NCBI GenBank assembly: GCA_000175855.1
Contig: ACYB01000037.1
Location: 100,451-132,450 of the forward strand
Length of the DNA stretch: 32,000 nucleotides
Direction: 5' to 3'
Origin: Raphidiopsis brookii D9
GTDB taxonomy: Bacteria; Cyanobacteriota; Cyanobacteriia; Cyanobacteriales; Nostocaceae
Of this stretch, positions 9,771 to 20,385 are shown in pieces (position 1 is the stretch's first letter; the number at the start of each line of letters is the position of its first letter). The position numbers and the translations under genes were made by a program. A model generated the notes under the pieces. It did not search any database. It saw nothing but the letters and a program-made list of their open reading frames with translations, and was not told the DNA's origin.

Positions 9771-11129
9771 ATGATATTAGAACCCATACAAGAACCAATA
9801 CAAGTAATAGGCGGTGGACTTGCAGGTACAGAAGCAGCATGGCAAATAGCTCAAGCAGGAGTACCCGTGATTCTACACGAGATGCGTCCCCAACGCTTTA
9901 GTCCCGCCCATCATACTGAAAACTTAGCTGAACTAGTGTGTAGTAACTCCTTTGGAGCTATGGCAAGCGATCGCGCAGCTGGGTTACTGCATGAAGAACT
10001 GCGACAACTTGACTCTATAGTTATTAGTAAAGCGGATGAACATGCAGTGCCAGCAGGTGGTGCTTTGGCGGTAGATAGGGGAAAATTTGGAGAGGATCTT
10101 ACCCAAACTCTAGCCAATCACCCTTTGATTGATTTACGACGAGGGGAGGTAAAGGAAATTCCCGGGGGGATAGTGGTTTTAGCCTCAGGACCACTAACCA
10201 GTCCCCAATTGTCCGCTGATATTCAACAATTCACAGGATTAGAATATCTCAACTTCTTTGATGCTGCTAGTCCCATAATAGTAGGGGATTCCATTAATAG
10301 GGATATTGCCTTTATGGCTTCCCGTTATGACAAAGGTGAGGCGGCCTATTTAAATTGTCCCATGAGTAAACAGCAGTATTTAGAATTTCGGGAAGCACTT
10401 TGCCAAGCGGAACAAACTGAATTAAAGGACTTTGAAAGAGAAACAGCGAAGTTTTTTGAAGCCTGTTTACCCATAGAAGAAATGGCACAAAGAGGGGAAG
10501 ACACCATGCGATATGGTCCCCTGAAACCGGTAGGTTTAACAGATGGCAGAACAGGAGAGCGTAACTACGCAGTAGTGCAGTTACGACAAGAAGATAAAGC
10601 GGGGCAACTATGGAATATGGTAGGGTTTCAAACCAATTTACGTTGGGGGGAGCAAAAACGGGTGTTTAGAATGATTCCCGGTTTGGAAAATGCCGAGTTT
10701 ATTAGATTGGGAGTAATGCACCGAAACACTTTTTTAAACGCGCCCCAGTTAATTTTGCCGACCCTGCAATTTAAACAACGACATACCCTACTAGCAGCAG
10801 GACAATTAATTGGTACAGAGGGTTATACCGCTGCATCTGCTGGTGGTTGGTTAGCAGGGACTAACGCGGCGAGAATTGCCCTGGGGAGGGAACCTCTCAC
10901 CCTACCGAACACCACAATGATGGGATCTTTATTTGAGTTTATTAGTGGTGCAGTACCCAAGCATTTTCAACCCATGCCACCCAATTTTGGCATAGTTCCA
11001 GATTTGGGCGTTAAAATCAAGAGCAAACCGGAAAAATACGGGCGTTATCGAGATAGATCATTAGCGGATTTAGATGAGTGGAAATCCCAATATTTTTCTT
11101 CTTTGAGTAGGAATCTTAACAATTCTTAA
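9771..11129 (+). CDS. trmFO: Methylenetetrahydrofolate-tRNA-(uracil-5-)-methyltransferase TrmFO
   Basis: [52 protein letters not shown] and [21 protein letters not shown] signatures. Confidence 0.96.
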   Translation: MILEPIQEPIQVIGGGLAGTEAAWQIAQAGVPVILHEMRPQRFSPAHHTENLAELVCSNSFGAMASDRAAGLLHEELRQLDSIVISKADEHAVPAGGALAVDRGKFGEDLTQTLANHPLIDLRRGEVKEIPGGIVVLASGPLTSPQLSADIQQFTGLEYLNFFDAASPIIVGDSINRDIAFMASRYDKGEAAYLNCPMSKQQYLEFREALCQAEQTELKDFERETAKFFEACLPIEEMAQRGEDTMRYGPLKPVGLTDGRTGERNYAVVQLRQEDKAGQLWNMVGFQTNLRWGEQKRVFRMIPGLENAEFIRLGVMHRNTFLNAPQLILPTLQFKQRHTLLAAGQLIGTEGYTAASAGGWLAGTNAARIALGREPLTLPNTTMMGSLFEFISGAVPKHFQPMPPNFGIVPDLGVKIKSKPEKYGRYRDRSLADLDEWKSQYFSSLSRNLNNS

Positions 11130-11188
11130 TAAATTATTGGTGAAATAATTCCAGCTAACCAGCAAAACCGTGTTATATTAGAGCATGA

Positions 11189-11261
11189 GGGCGCGTGGCT
11201 CAGTGGATAGAGCAACAGATTCCGGTTCTGTGGGTCGGGGGTTCAAATCCCTCCGCGCTCG
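11189..11261 (+). tRNA. tRNA-Arg, anticodon CCG
   Basis: 73-nt cloverleaf GGGCGCGTGGCTCAGTGGATAGAGCAACAGATTCCGGTTCTGTGGGTCGGGGGTTCAAATCCCTCCGCGCTCG; 7-bp acceptor stem (one G-U), GTTCAAAT T-loop, ACAGA/TCTGT anticodon stem. Confidence 0.94.
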
Positions 11262-11358
11262 CCTAGTTAACGCTGGATGTTATTTGTCAGCAAAGGATCA
11301 GCCACTTGAAATTCAGCTACGAGCCCCAGGTTTTGGAAGCATACTTGGGATAACCGGT

Positions 11359-12396
11359 CTAGATTTCCAACTCACGTGCAATCAGGGACATAGAATAACA
11401 AAATACCCAGTAAATTACCCCAATAAATATATAAACCTCCATGTATCTACCCAGAAATTGTGGTTGTGCTAGAATGGAACGGGCAATTCCGGTTAATTCC
11501 ACTAAACCCACAAGGGACAATAATGAGGTATCCTTGAATAAACCAATAAACTGCCCTACAATTGTGGGGATTACCGCTCGCAAAGCTTGAGGTAATATAA
11601 CCAATATCAGGAGCAAGAAGGTATTTAAACCCAACGCTCTTGCTGCTTCAAATTGTCCTCTGGGTATGGATTGCAGTCCCCCACGCACATTTTCTGCCAT
11701 ATAAGCGGCACTAAATAAAACCAGCCCCGCAACACCCCTAACTAATCTGTCTAAACGCCAATTGTCAGGTAGAAACAGAGGTAACATCACCTGGGCAATA
11801 AACAAAATCCCTATGAGCGGTAAACCTCTAACTAGCTCAATGTAGAGAATAGAAAACCAGCGAATTACAGGCAATTCACTGTTTCTTCCTAATGCTAATA
11901 GTACACCGAGAGGAAAGGAAAGTACTATACTAACGAATGCCATTAACAAGGTTAGTAAAAGTCCATTCCATAAATTTGTAGGAACAGATTGTAACCCCAA
12001 ACCACCACCAAGTAACCAAATAGTAATGATAAAAGTTAAGAACCATATAGGTGCTAACAGAGGTACAATTAATTGATAGGCTTTTTGAAGCAATTGGTTT
12101 TCAGGCAAATGGTATTTTGCATCAACCCATACCAAGTTATCAACCCTATAATAGAATTGATTGCCAAAGCTAGCCAGATTCGCCAATATAAAGCCTGGGG
12201 GAATCTGCCAACTAAAAATAAAATGGATATTTGCCGTAACAACTTCCCACTTGGCTTGATTAAATATCCAAAATAATATGCCTTTACCTAGGGAAAATAA
12301 AACAATTACACAAACTATAGTTAATACCCCGTTATACCAGTTATTAAATAGATTTTTTCTAAGCCAAATTAGCTGATCCATAATTAGCATTACCAA
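11359..12396 (-). CDS. natH: Polar amino-acid ABC transporter permease (NatH/AapM/BztC-like)
   Basis: HisM-type permease: YIELVRGLPLIGILFIAQ...SAAYMAENVRGGLQSIPRGQFEAARALGL; in operon with the next two genes. Confidence 0.82.
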   Translation of the reverse strand: MVMLIMDQLIWLRKNLFNNWYNGVLTIVCVIVLFSLGKGILFWIFNQAKWEVVTANIHFIFSWQIPPGFILANLASFGNQFYYRVDNLVWVDAKYHLPENQLLQKAYQLIVPLLAPIWFLTFIITIWLLGGGLGLQSVPTNLWNGLLLTLLMAFVSIVLSFPLGVLLALGRNSELPVIRWFSILYIELVRGLPLIGILFIAQVMLPLFLPDNWRLDRLVRGVAGLVLFSAAYMAENVRGGLQSIPRGQFEAARALGLNTFLLLILVILPQALRAVIPTIVGQFIGLFKDTSLLSLVGLVELTGIARSILAQPQFLGRYMEVYIFIGVIYWVFCYSMSLIARELEI

Positions 12397-12404
12397 CGTG
12401 ATTA

Positions 12405-13346
12405 TTATCTTTCTTTAATTTGGACAGTGCGATTGATTAAATTCATTACTATAGAAATAGTTAAGCTTAAAGTTAAATAGGTGATCATCAATAAAACCAT
12501 GACTTCCACAGCTTTTCCTGTTTGGTTAAAGGTGGTAGAAGCGACAAAATACATATCTGGATAACCAATAGCGATCGCTAAACTAGAATTTTTCATCAAA
12601 TTCAAATATTGACTGGTAAGTGGGGGGACAATCAGCTTTAAAGCCTGGGGAAATATTATCAACCTCATTAACAAACCAGATCTTAACCCTAAAGATAATC
12701 CTGCGTCCCACTGTCCCTGGGAGACTGACTTTATACCCGCTCTGACAATTTCTGCTACAAAAGCACCGGTGTAAAATGTCAGACCTAATAACAGGGTACA
12801 AAATTCTGGAGTTAGATTAACTCCCTGATAGGTGAGGGTGGGTAAATCTATGCCATTTTGACTCAGGTAACCTAAACCAAAAAGAGAAATTTTATTTTCT
12901 GGTTTTGGTAAAGATAGAAAAACTCCAAAATACCAAAATAACAACTGCAATAATAAAGGAGTGTTTCTAAAAATCTCCACGTAAACTAAACTGATATTTC
13001 TTACTAACCAATTATCAGATAAACGCCCTATACCAGCAGTTATTCCCACAACCGTAGCCAACAAAATTCCTAAAGTTGCTACTCGCAAGGAATTAACTAG
13101 TCCCACAGCTAAAGCGCGCCCATAGGATTCAGTAGCATCATATTTAACTAGGCTTTCACCAATGTCAAAAGATGCTTGTTGTCCAAGAAAATCCCACCCA
13201 AAACTAATACCCAACTGACGTAAGTTATGGTTAGCATTATTCCATAGGATATTCACTATACCCAAGGCCATAAGTATGGCTACAACCTGTATGGCAATTT
13301 GCCAGAAACGATAATTACGCCATATTGGTGGTTGGGAATTAGTCAT
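12405..13346 (-). CDS. natG: Polar amino-acid ABC transporter permease (NatG/AapQ/BztB-like)
   Basis: YVEIFRNTPLLLQLLFWYFGVF...FYTGAFVAEIVRAGIKSVSQGQWDAGLSLGL permease motif. Confidence 0.82.
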   Translation of the reverse strand: MTNSQPPIWRNYRFWQIAIQVVAILMALGIVNILWNNANHNLRQLGISFGWDFLGQQASFDIGESLVKYDATESYGRALAVGLVNSLRVATLGILLATVVGITAGIGRLSDNWLVRNISLVYVEIFRNTPLLLQLLFWYFGVFLSLPKPENKISLFGLGYLSQNGIDLPTLTYQGVNLTPEFCTLLLGLTFYTGAFVAEIVRAGIKSVSQGQWDAGLSLGLRSGLLMRLIIFPQALKLIVPPLTSQYLNLMKNSSLAIAIGYPDMYFVASTTFNQTGKAVEVMVLLMITYLTLSLTISIVMNLINRTVQIKER

Positions 13347-13379
13347 TGGTTATCTTCTCCAAATATTACCGGTTGGGAA

Positions 13380-14516
13380 CTAACGAAATGGTGGAGAATA
13401 GAGTAGACCACCCTTACTATAAAGTTCATTTTGTCCACGGGGGAGATTCAGTTTGGTTTTAGACCCTAAATTGCGATCATAAATTTCCCCGTAGTTACCA
13501 ACATGCTTAATTATTCGAGCAGCAAAATCATTGGTTAAACCTATACCTTTACCTAGGTTACCTTCTGTGCCTAAAAAACGTTTAATTTCCGGATCCTTAC
13601 TATTGGCAAATTGGGATATGTTTTGAGAGTTAATGCCTAACTCTTCAGCCTTGATTAGGGCGTAAACACTCCATTTAACAATATTATTCCATTGAGGGTC
13701 CCCCTGAGCAACTGCGGGAGCCAAAGGTTCTGAAGAAAGCAATTCATTCAGAATAATATTATCTTCAGGTTTGGGTAAGGTAGTACGTCGGGAAATTAAG
13801 GCTGAACGATCAGCAGTTACCGCATCACAACGACCTTCCGAATAGGTGGCAAAGGTAACGTTAATGTCTTCAAAAACTACGGGTTTATAACTAATGCCCC
13901 GCTTCCGCATTTGGTCAGCTAAATTTTGTTCCGTGGTTGTACCCGTTTGCGTGCAGATGGCTTTGTTTTTTAAATCAGCTAAGGAATTAATACCACTATT
14001 TTTACGGATCATGATTCCTTGACCATCATATAGTACCACGGGTGAAAAATATAGACCCATAGAAGTGTCACGACTAAAAGTCCATGTGGTATTACGACTA
14101 AGTAAATCTATCTCACCAGTTTGCAAAGCTGTGAATCTTTCTTTAGCACTAAGATTACGAAACTCTACTTTGTCCGGATTGTCAAATAAGGCAGCTGCAA
14201 CAGCGCGACAAACATCCACATCAATACCGGCATATTTACCATCAGTTTGCACAAAGCTAAATCCAGGTAACTCACCACTCACACCACAAACTAAACGGAG
14301 ATTGGTTTTAACTTTATCAGTAGTATTGCGTGGTTGTGCTGTTGATGTAGATGTGCTGCTACTAGGACTGCTATTGCAACCCAAAAGGGCAAAAATAAGA
14401 GGACCAACTACTAAAAACAAAAATGATTTTGCCATAACTCTGCTACAATGGTAAATATCAGGATAAACCCGGGGGTAATTATAGTAAATTTTCTTAAGTA
14501 CTGTCAATGGTTTCAA
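13380..14516 (-). CDS. natF: Polar amino-acid ABC transporter substrate-binding protein (NatF/AapJ/BztA-like)
   Basis: Signal/lipobox-like FALLGCNSS; VCGVSGELPGFSFVQTDGKYAGIDVDVCRAVAAALFDNPDKVEF...RDTSMGLYFSPVVLYDGQGIMI. Confidence 0.86.
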   Translation of the reverse strand: MKPLTVLKKIYYNYPRVYPDIYHCSRVMAKSFLFLVVGPLIFALLGCNSSPSSSTSTSTAQPRNTTDKVKTNLRLVCGVSGELPGFSFVQTDGKYAGIDVDVCRAVAAALFDNPDKVEFRNLSAKERFTALQTGEIDLLSRNTTWTFSRDTSMGLYFSPVVLYDGQGIMIRKNSGINSLADLKNKAICTQTGTTTEQNLADQMRKRGISYKPVVFEDINVTFATYSEGRCDAVTADRSALISRRTTLPKPEDNIILNELLSSEPLAPAVAQGDPQWNNIVKWSVYALIKAEELGINSQNISQFANSKDPEIKRFLGTEGNLGKGIGLTNDFAARIIKHVGNYGEIYDRNLGSKTKLNLPRGQNELYSKGGLLYSPPFR

Positions 14517-14752
14517 CTATATAACTCATACCCTATAATACGATGGAACCTGGGGTTTTAAACAGCAATTGTAGCCATTCTCACATTCCTTAAACCAATG
14601 GTTAATGCTGCTTCACTTCCTCTCAAAAATATCCATAGCAAGTTAAGATGGTTGTGGTGGAGTTCTCAAACTTCCCGGTCATGATACCACCATGACTATC
14701 CATATAGTCGTTTTTTAGTAAATATTAACAAACTGATATCGCTTGAATTTTT

Positions 14753-15403
14753 ATGACATCATACACAACTTCCTCTGCTAAAGCAGAAATGAGCGAACTT
14801 AGAAGATTAAAGAGTCTACTCCCACCAGAATTACAAAGTTGGGTAATTGTGGAAGGAACAACAGAAGTCAGTCCTCCTTTGATTCGTTCTGAAGAAATTG
14901 GTAAAGACCAAGTGGAGATTCAAATTGATTTAATTAAGTGGGATGCCTTAGCTATGGACCAGCGTAACCTTCTATTTTGGCATGAGGTGGGACGTATTCA
15001 AAATGATACTATCCCTAAAGATGGGTGGGAAATGGCTGCGTTGGCTATTGGTTTAGGTGGTGCTGTAGGTGAATTGTGGGTGCAGGATGGATTATTATTA
15101 GTTTTGGCTTTAGCTCTTTGTGGAGTTTCTGGCTGGCGACTATATCAAAAAAACAATGGCACAAAGCAAACAAAAGAGTTAATTGATGCTGATGAAAAGG
15201 CTATTACCTTGGCTACGCGATTTGGTTACACTTTACCTAATGCCTATAAAAGCTTAGGAAGTGCTCTTAAAACTTTAATTGATACTACCCCGGGTAAGCG
15301 TCAGCGTTCTCGTTACGAAGCTAGGCTTTCTGCTCTTAAACGTAGTGCTAATAAGGCTAAATCTAGGTCTAACAATTCTAACAATGTAGATGAAAACTAC
15401 TAA
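14753..15403 (+). CDS. DUF3318-family cyanobacterial protein
   Basis: MSELRRLKSLLPPELQSWVIVEG...DLIKWDALAMDQRNLLFWHEVGRIQNDTIPKDGWEMAALAIGLGGAVGELWVQD. Confidence 0.8.
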   Translation: MTSYTTSSAKAEMSELRRLKSLLPPELQSWVIVEGTTEVSPPLIRSEEIGKDQVEIQIDLIKWDALAMDQRNLLFWHEVGRIQNDTIPKDGWEMAALAIGLGGAVGELWVQDGLLLVLALALCGVSGWRLYQKNNGTKQTKELIDADEKAITLATRFGYTLPNAYKSLGSALKTLIDTTPGKRQRSRYEARLSALKRSANKAKSRSNNSNNVDENY

Positions 15404-15747
15404 TTCAACTACTTATTTCTAAATATAAAGTTTGTGTTGTTCTAGTGGAAAAAATGAAAGTTTATTGGCATTTCCCAAAAAGGTAAGCATGATACTTTTC
15501 GTCAATATAGGGAAATTTATCATAGGATTAAACAGTCTAAACTGTTTTCTATTCGTAAAGTAGCCACTAGCATCTATCCCAGGAAAGACAATTATTAGTT
15601 GAAACTAGTTGAGAACCTCTACCCCTTGGGTAGGGGATAAACAGGGGGAAAGATTTACCCTAGAGATGTTTATTTTCACCCAAAACCAAACATTCCGGGT
15701 GGGTAAGCGTGGCGGAATCTTAGATAGTAACCCAAGTTGATAGCTTC

Positions 15748-16770
15748 ATGACTGGAAAATTCGTAGAAATAGATCTTCCGGTTCATTATCTGGAAGGTAC
15801 GATGGTAGTGCAGGTTTCAAATCGTCTTAGCGTAAATGAAGCCATTTGCTTTAAAGAGACTTGCCGGGATCTAATTGAGTCTAACCTGGATTCTAAAGTT
15901 CTATTGATAGACTTTAATAACACAACTTTTATGGATAGTAGTGGGTTAGGGGCTTTAGTAAGTATTTTTAGGTCCGCTCAACAGAAGGGAATAGAATTGA
16001 CACTGGATAACGTAACCCCACAAGTGATGGCAGTCCTTAATTTAACGGGATTGGATCAGGTATTTATAATTAAATCTTCTGTAACCAATAAAACTTCAGA
16101 ATTGACTAACTCCGCAAACAGTTGTGTCAGTAATTGTAGACCAGAAGATCTACCATCAACTCATCCTTGTGTAAAGTCTAGGATGAAAAGAATTATTGAT
16201 ATAGTTGGGTCTTTAGTAGGGTTAGTAATTACAGTATGTTTATTGATTCCCATTGGGATTGCCATCAGCATCAATGATCCAGGTCCGATTTTTTTTAGAC
16301 AGATCCGTTGTGGGTGGATGGGTAAACGTTTTTATATTTGGAAGTTCCGTTCCATGTGTGTAGATGCGGAAGCCAAAAAGTCCCAGGTAAAAAATCAAGT
16401 AGCTGGGGCATTTTTTAAAAACGATCATGACCCTAGGATTACCAAAGTAGGACGTTTTTTGCGTCGCACCAGTCTGGATGAACTGCCACAATTTTGGAAC
16501 GTGTTAAAAGGGGAAATGAGTTTAGTTGGTACTCGTCCACCCACCCCTGATGAGGTGGAACTATACGAAGTGCCAGAATGGCAACGCTTAGACGTGAAAC
16601 CAGGGATGACTGGGGAATGGCAAGTAAATGGTCGCTCCAAAGTACGGAATTTTGAGGATGTTATTCGTCTGGACCTACAGTATCAGAAAAATTGGAGTTT
16701 AGTTTACGATTTGCAATTAATTGTTAAAACTATATCCATTTTATTTAATAAAAACAGTGGTGCTGTTTAA
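15748..16770 (+). CDS. STAS (anti-anti-sigma-like) domain fused to bacterial polyprenyl-phosphate sugar transferase
   Basis: N-term STAS: [39 protein letters not shown]-term: [57 protein letters not shown]...[34 protein letters not shown]...[17 protein letters not shown]. Confidence 0.92.
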   Translation: MTGKFVEIDLPVHYLEGTMVVQVSNRLSVNEAICFKETCRDLIESNLDSKVLLIDFNNTTFMDSSGLGALVSIFRSAQQKGIELTLDNVTPQVMAVLNLTGLDQVFIIKSSVTNKTSELTNSANSCVSNCRPEDLPSTHPCVKSRMKRIIDIVGSLVGLVITVCLLIPIGIAISINDPGPIFFRQIRCGWMGKRFYIWKFRSMCVDAEAKKSQVKNQVAGAFFKNDHDPRITKVGRFLRRTSLDELPQFWNVLKGEMSLVGTRPPTPDEVELYEVPEWQRLDVKPGMTGEWQVNGRSKVRNFEDVIRLDLQYQKNWSLVYDLQLIVKTISILFNKNSGAV

Positions 16771-16831
16771 ATTCTCGGATAAATCCGGAAAATAGTCTGT
16801 TGTGGTTCATGACTCCCGTGGGATATAATGT

Positions 16832-16863
16832 TTTTAAAGACGCTCCGATGAACGTCTTTAAAA
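16832..16863 (+). promoter_or_regulatory. Perfect 11-bp inverted repeat directly upstream of the phzF-family start codon
   Basis: TTTTAAAGACG (16832..16842) - 10-nt loop - CGTCTTTAAAA (16853..16863); start codon 10 nt further at 16874. Confidence 0.6.
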
Positions 16864-16873
16864 TTGAGGGAAC

Positions 16874-17665
16874 ATGAGAACCACTAACCAAAAAATTATC
16901 CAGGTTGACGCTTTTACCAACAAACCATTTCAAGGTAACCCTGCTGGGGTTTGCGTGTTGACCAATTCCGAATCTGACGAGTGGATGCAGCAAGTAGCTC
17001 AAGAAATGAATTTATCAGAAACAGCCTTTTTGCTACCAGAAAATGACGGTTTCAATTTACGGTGGTTCACGCCAACCACAGAAGTTCCCCTGTGCGGTCA
17101 TGCTACCTTAGCTAGTGCCCACGTCCTCTGGTCAGAAGGATATTTATCACCAGAACAAAAAGCCCGATTTTATACTAAAAGTGGTCTATTGATTGCGAAA
17201 AAGCAAGATGATTGGATTGAATTAGATTTTCCCGTTAATCATTCCCAAATTGTGGAACCACCACCTTTATTAAATGAGGTTTTAGGAGTTGGTTACAAAT
17301 CAGTTTCTTTGAACTCCCTTGGTTATTTAGTGGAATTAGCCTCTCCACAATTAGTGCGACAAATACAGCCAGATTTCCAACAAATGAGACTGCTACCAGT
17401 CAAGAGTATGATTGTTACTAGCACCGGTGATCTGGAATATGATTTTATATCTCGTTTTTTTGCCCCCGGTTTTGGTATTGACGAAGACCCAGTAACTGGT
17501 GCTGCACATTGTTGTTTGGCTCCCTTTTGGCGATATAAACTGCAAAAAGATACTTTTTTAGCCTATCAAGCTTCTCAACGGGGCGGAATACTCAGAGTAA
17601 CCTATTCGGGAGGAAATCGGGTTTTTTTAAGCGGACAGGCTATTACCGTTGAGAACATTACCTAG
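16874..17665 (+). CDS. PhzF-family isomerase/epimerase
   Basis: IIQVDAFTNKPFQGNPAGVCVL...LNLSETAFLLPE...LRWFTPTTEVPLCGHATLASAHVL...EDPVTGAAHCCLAPFW. Confidence 0.92.
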   Translation: MRTTNQKIIQVDAFTNKPFQGNPAGVCVLTNSESDEWMQQVAQEMNLSETAFLLPENDGFNLRWFTPTTEVPLCGHATLASAHVLWSEGYLSPEQKARFYTKSGLLIAKKQDDWIELDFPVNHSQIVEPPPLLNEVLGVGYKSVSLNSLGYLVELASPQLVRQIQPDFQQMRLLPVKSMIVTSTGDLEYDFISRFFAPGFGIDEDPVTGAAHCCLAPFWRYKLQKDTFLAYQASQRGGILRVTYSGGNRVFLSGQAITVENIT

Positions 17666-17861
17666 AAAGCTTATTGGCTTTAACAGTCTCTAGGTCTGGG
17701 TTAATTCAAACAATCACGGTTAATTTCCTGGCGATCGCACTGAACTAACTCTCATGCGATCGCCCTTGAGGTTCCCGCACCACTGCATCCTCAAAACTAG
17801 TATAATGGGGGAGTCCTATGAGATTTAAATCATTTTGACGCTTCTTTAGTCTAAACTCCAG

Positions 17862-18395
17862 TTATTCAGCACTCAGTCCCTGTTTTTGCAATAAATCTGC
17901 TGCTTTTTGTAAGTCAGCAATGGCACCCTGATTATCTCCTAACCTACTGCGTACAACACCCCGATTGTAGTAAAAATCAGCGTGAGGGCTGAGCTTGATA
18001 GCTTGGTCTATTGCATCTATGGCTTCTTGATATCTTTTTAAATTAGATAATACTACCAATTTCTCATTATATAGATTGGGATTATTAGGCTGTAGTTTTA
18101 TAGCTTGATTAATAGCTAGTAATGCTTGATCAGATCTACCTAATTTTGTATTTGCTAAACTTAAAATAGTCCATGCTAGAACAGAATCAGATTTAGCTTT
18201 GACAGCTTCCTCTAAAGCTATTACTGCCTCCATAACTTTCCCACTCCTACTTAATGCTAAACCCTTGCCATAATAGGCTAGATGAATAAATTCTGGTTTC
18301 TGTTTAATTGCATTATCAAATGCTGTTATTGCCTCTGGATAACGACCCAACCTCCATAGTTGATTTCCCGTTTCTAACCAATTAAATAGGTCAGT
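17862..18395 (-). pseudogene. TPR-repeat protein remnant, 5'-truncated
   Basis: TPR units (GRYPEAITAFDNAIKQKPEFIHLAYYGKGLALSRSGK...). Coding sense (LFNWLETGNQLWRL) continues upstream of the called start at 18350 but ends at an in-frame stop, with no upstream TPR coding or ATG. Confidence 0.6.
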
Positions 18396-18405
18396 TCAAC
18401 CGGAT

Positions 18406-18435
18406 CACTATGGCGATTAACACTATGGCGATTAA
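18406..18435. repeat. Perfect 15-bp tandem duplication, two copies
   Basis: cactatggcgattaa at 18406..18420 and 18421..18435. Confidence 0.9.
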
Positions 18436-18570
18436 GTAGTACATACCATAATTAATACCTTTGCCAATTTTCCAAATATAGGGCTGAAACCCAATAAAGA
18501 AACCCAATAAAATCGTCACGATATCAATACGGTTTCATAATTTTGGCAGCAGTATTAATAATTACTAACT

Positions 18571-20294
18571 TTACACTGAGTAGTGTCTTGATGTGTAAAC
18601 CCAGATGTTTCCCCCAAGAGATTGTATTTTCCTAGTATGGGAAGAGCCAACGATAATTAAAGTCCGCATATCCGCATCCTCGGGATTCAATTCCTCTAGA
18701 TTTGTAACTTTTAATCTTTGTCCAGGTCGACCAATATTGCTTCCTAATATTACAGGAGTATCAGGTTTTCTGTACTCCAATAATATATTCTTGGCTGCGG
18801 TTAATTGCCAAGTTCTTGACTGAGAAATTGGATTATAAAATACAATCACAAAATCCCCTTGCGCAGCATTAGTAATTCTTTGGACAATAACTTCCCAGGG
18901 TTTTAAAATATCAGAGAGAGAAATTACACAGAAATCATGTCCTAGGGGAGCACCTATGGTAGCAGCAGTGGCCTGCATGGCAGAAATACCGGGGGCTACT
19001 TGAATATCAATTGTCTGCCATTCTGGTTGATTATATTGACCTTTTTCTAGAACTTCAAAAACTGCTGTGGCCATGGCATAAATACCTGGATCTCCGGAAG
19101 AAACTACTGCTACATATTTGCCTTGCACAGCTAAATCTAGGGCTTTTTTGGCCCGGGATTCTTCTTCTCGATTGTCAGATTCATGTATGTTCTTGCCATC
19201 AGCTAATTCACCAATTAGGTTAATATATGTTTTGTAACCAACCAAATCAGTGGCATTCCGTAAAATTTCCTGAACTTCAGGAGACATCCATTGTACACCG
19301 CCTGGTCCTGTACCAATAATCGCTAGTTTTCCCCTCCCTTTGCCAATAGTTTCCGGATCGATAATGTCTGTGGCAATGCTCAGGGTGATGGGAGAAAATG
19401 GCGATTCAAATGATGTATGATATGTATTATTTCCCGTCATACCAGCAGCAACCACGGCTTCGTGAAAACTGTATCCTTTGTCAGTCAGTTCTTGTATTTG
19501 ATTTGTGGTTAAGAATCTGGCTGGTATGGAAAATGTTTTGCTAATTTCCTGCAAAATCGAATTATTAGCTAGGGAAAGAGGTGCAATTATCACTGCCAAT
19601 GCTTGAGAGGAAATTTCCGCTTGTGCTAATAGTTCATAAATATGGTTGATTGTTTCAACTTCAAGAGAAGATAGGGTAATCGCCACCCTTTGTGGATGAT
19701 AAACTAAACAATCAGGTGGGGGAATCAGGTGTTTTTCTGTAACTTGAATAGTTAATTCTCCCCTATCATCTATGGGCAAATTACTGGCACTCAACCAGGG
19801 AGCTGTTCCTTCTAATTTAACTTTTGCTCCTGCTAATAAATCAGCTATAAATTTTTTCCCATCCTCCACATTAGCTAAATAATACCCCCTGGGTGGAGAT
19901 AATAAAGCTGTGCGAAATCTTAAATCTCCCGTGGTTGTAATGGAGGGTTTGACATTTAAACCAGCTCCTATTTGCCGTGCTAGTTCGTTTACTCCAGTTA
20001 ACCCACCTAACAGGGGAACTACTGCACTACTATCTTCCGCTACAGCTAATAGGGGTGGTTCTTGATTTTTATTGGTAATCAGATGTGCTACTGTTCTAAT
20101 TAAAATCCCCGCAGCACATATACCAATTATGGGGTTCCCGTCACAAATAATTGTCTCAGGGTATCTCCAAAATCGGTAAAGCTCACATCCACATCACAGG
20201 TACGATTGGCTAAACCATATATTTTGGCACCCGGTATAACGCCAACAATTTTTTTTGCCACTGTGAGACTATTCTGACTGAGAATTATAACCAC
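18571..20294 (-). CDS. cobJ: CbiG-CobJ fusion (CbiG-like plus precorrin-3B C17-methyltransferase), interrupted by a frameshift near 20131..20134
   Basis: C-terminal GKLAIIGTGPGGVQWMSPEVQEILRNATDLVGYKTYINLI...VVSSGDPGIYAMATAVFEVLE is CobJ. Upstream, the reverse strand reads VVILSQNSLTVAKKIVGVIPGAKIYGLANRTCDVDVSFTDFGDTLRQLFVTGTP, then stop. Restoring one C in the CCCC run continues into IIGICAAGILIRTVAHLITNKNQEPPLLAVAEDSSAVVPLLGGLTGVNELARQIG. Confidence 0.85.
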
Positions 20295-20385
20295 CGGTTT
20301 TGTTGTGTTTTTTCTAATCTATCCATAATATTATTGTCACAATGTAGTTTGATGTAGTTAGCCTAAACTAGATTTAATTTGTAAA

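Noticed and set aside
11185-11472. 95-aa plus-strand ORF
   Set aside because: It reads straight through the tRNA-Arg and into the antisense of the permease gene end; spurious.
14065-14454. 129-aa plus-strand ORF
   Set aside because: Antisense to the natF-like gene, which has clear family motifs.
15440-15610. Possible small gene reading KGKHDTFRQYREIYHRIKQSKLFSIRKVATSIYPRKDNY
   Set aside because: Short, no clean start in the same frame, and no family recognised; not enough evidence to call.
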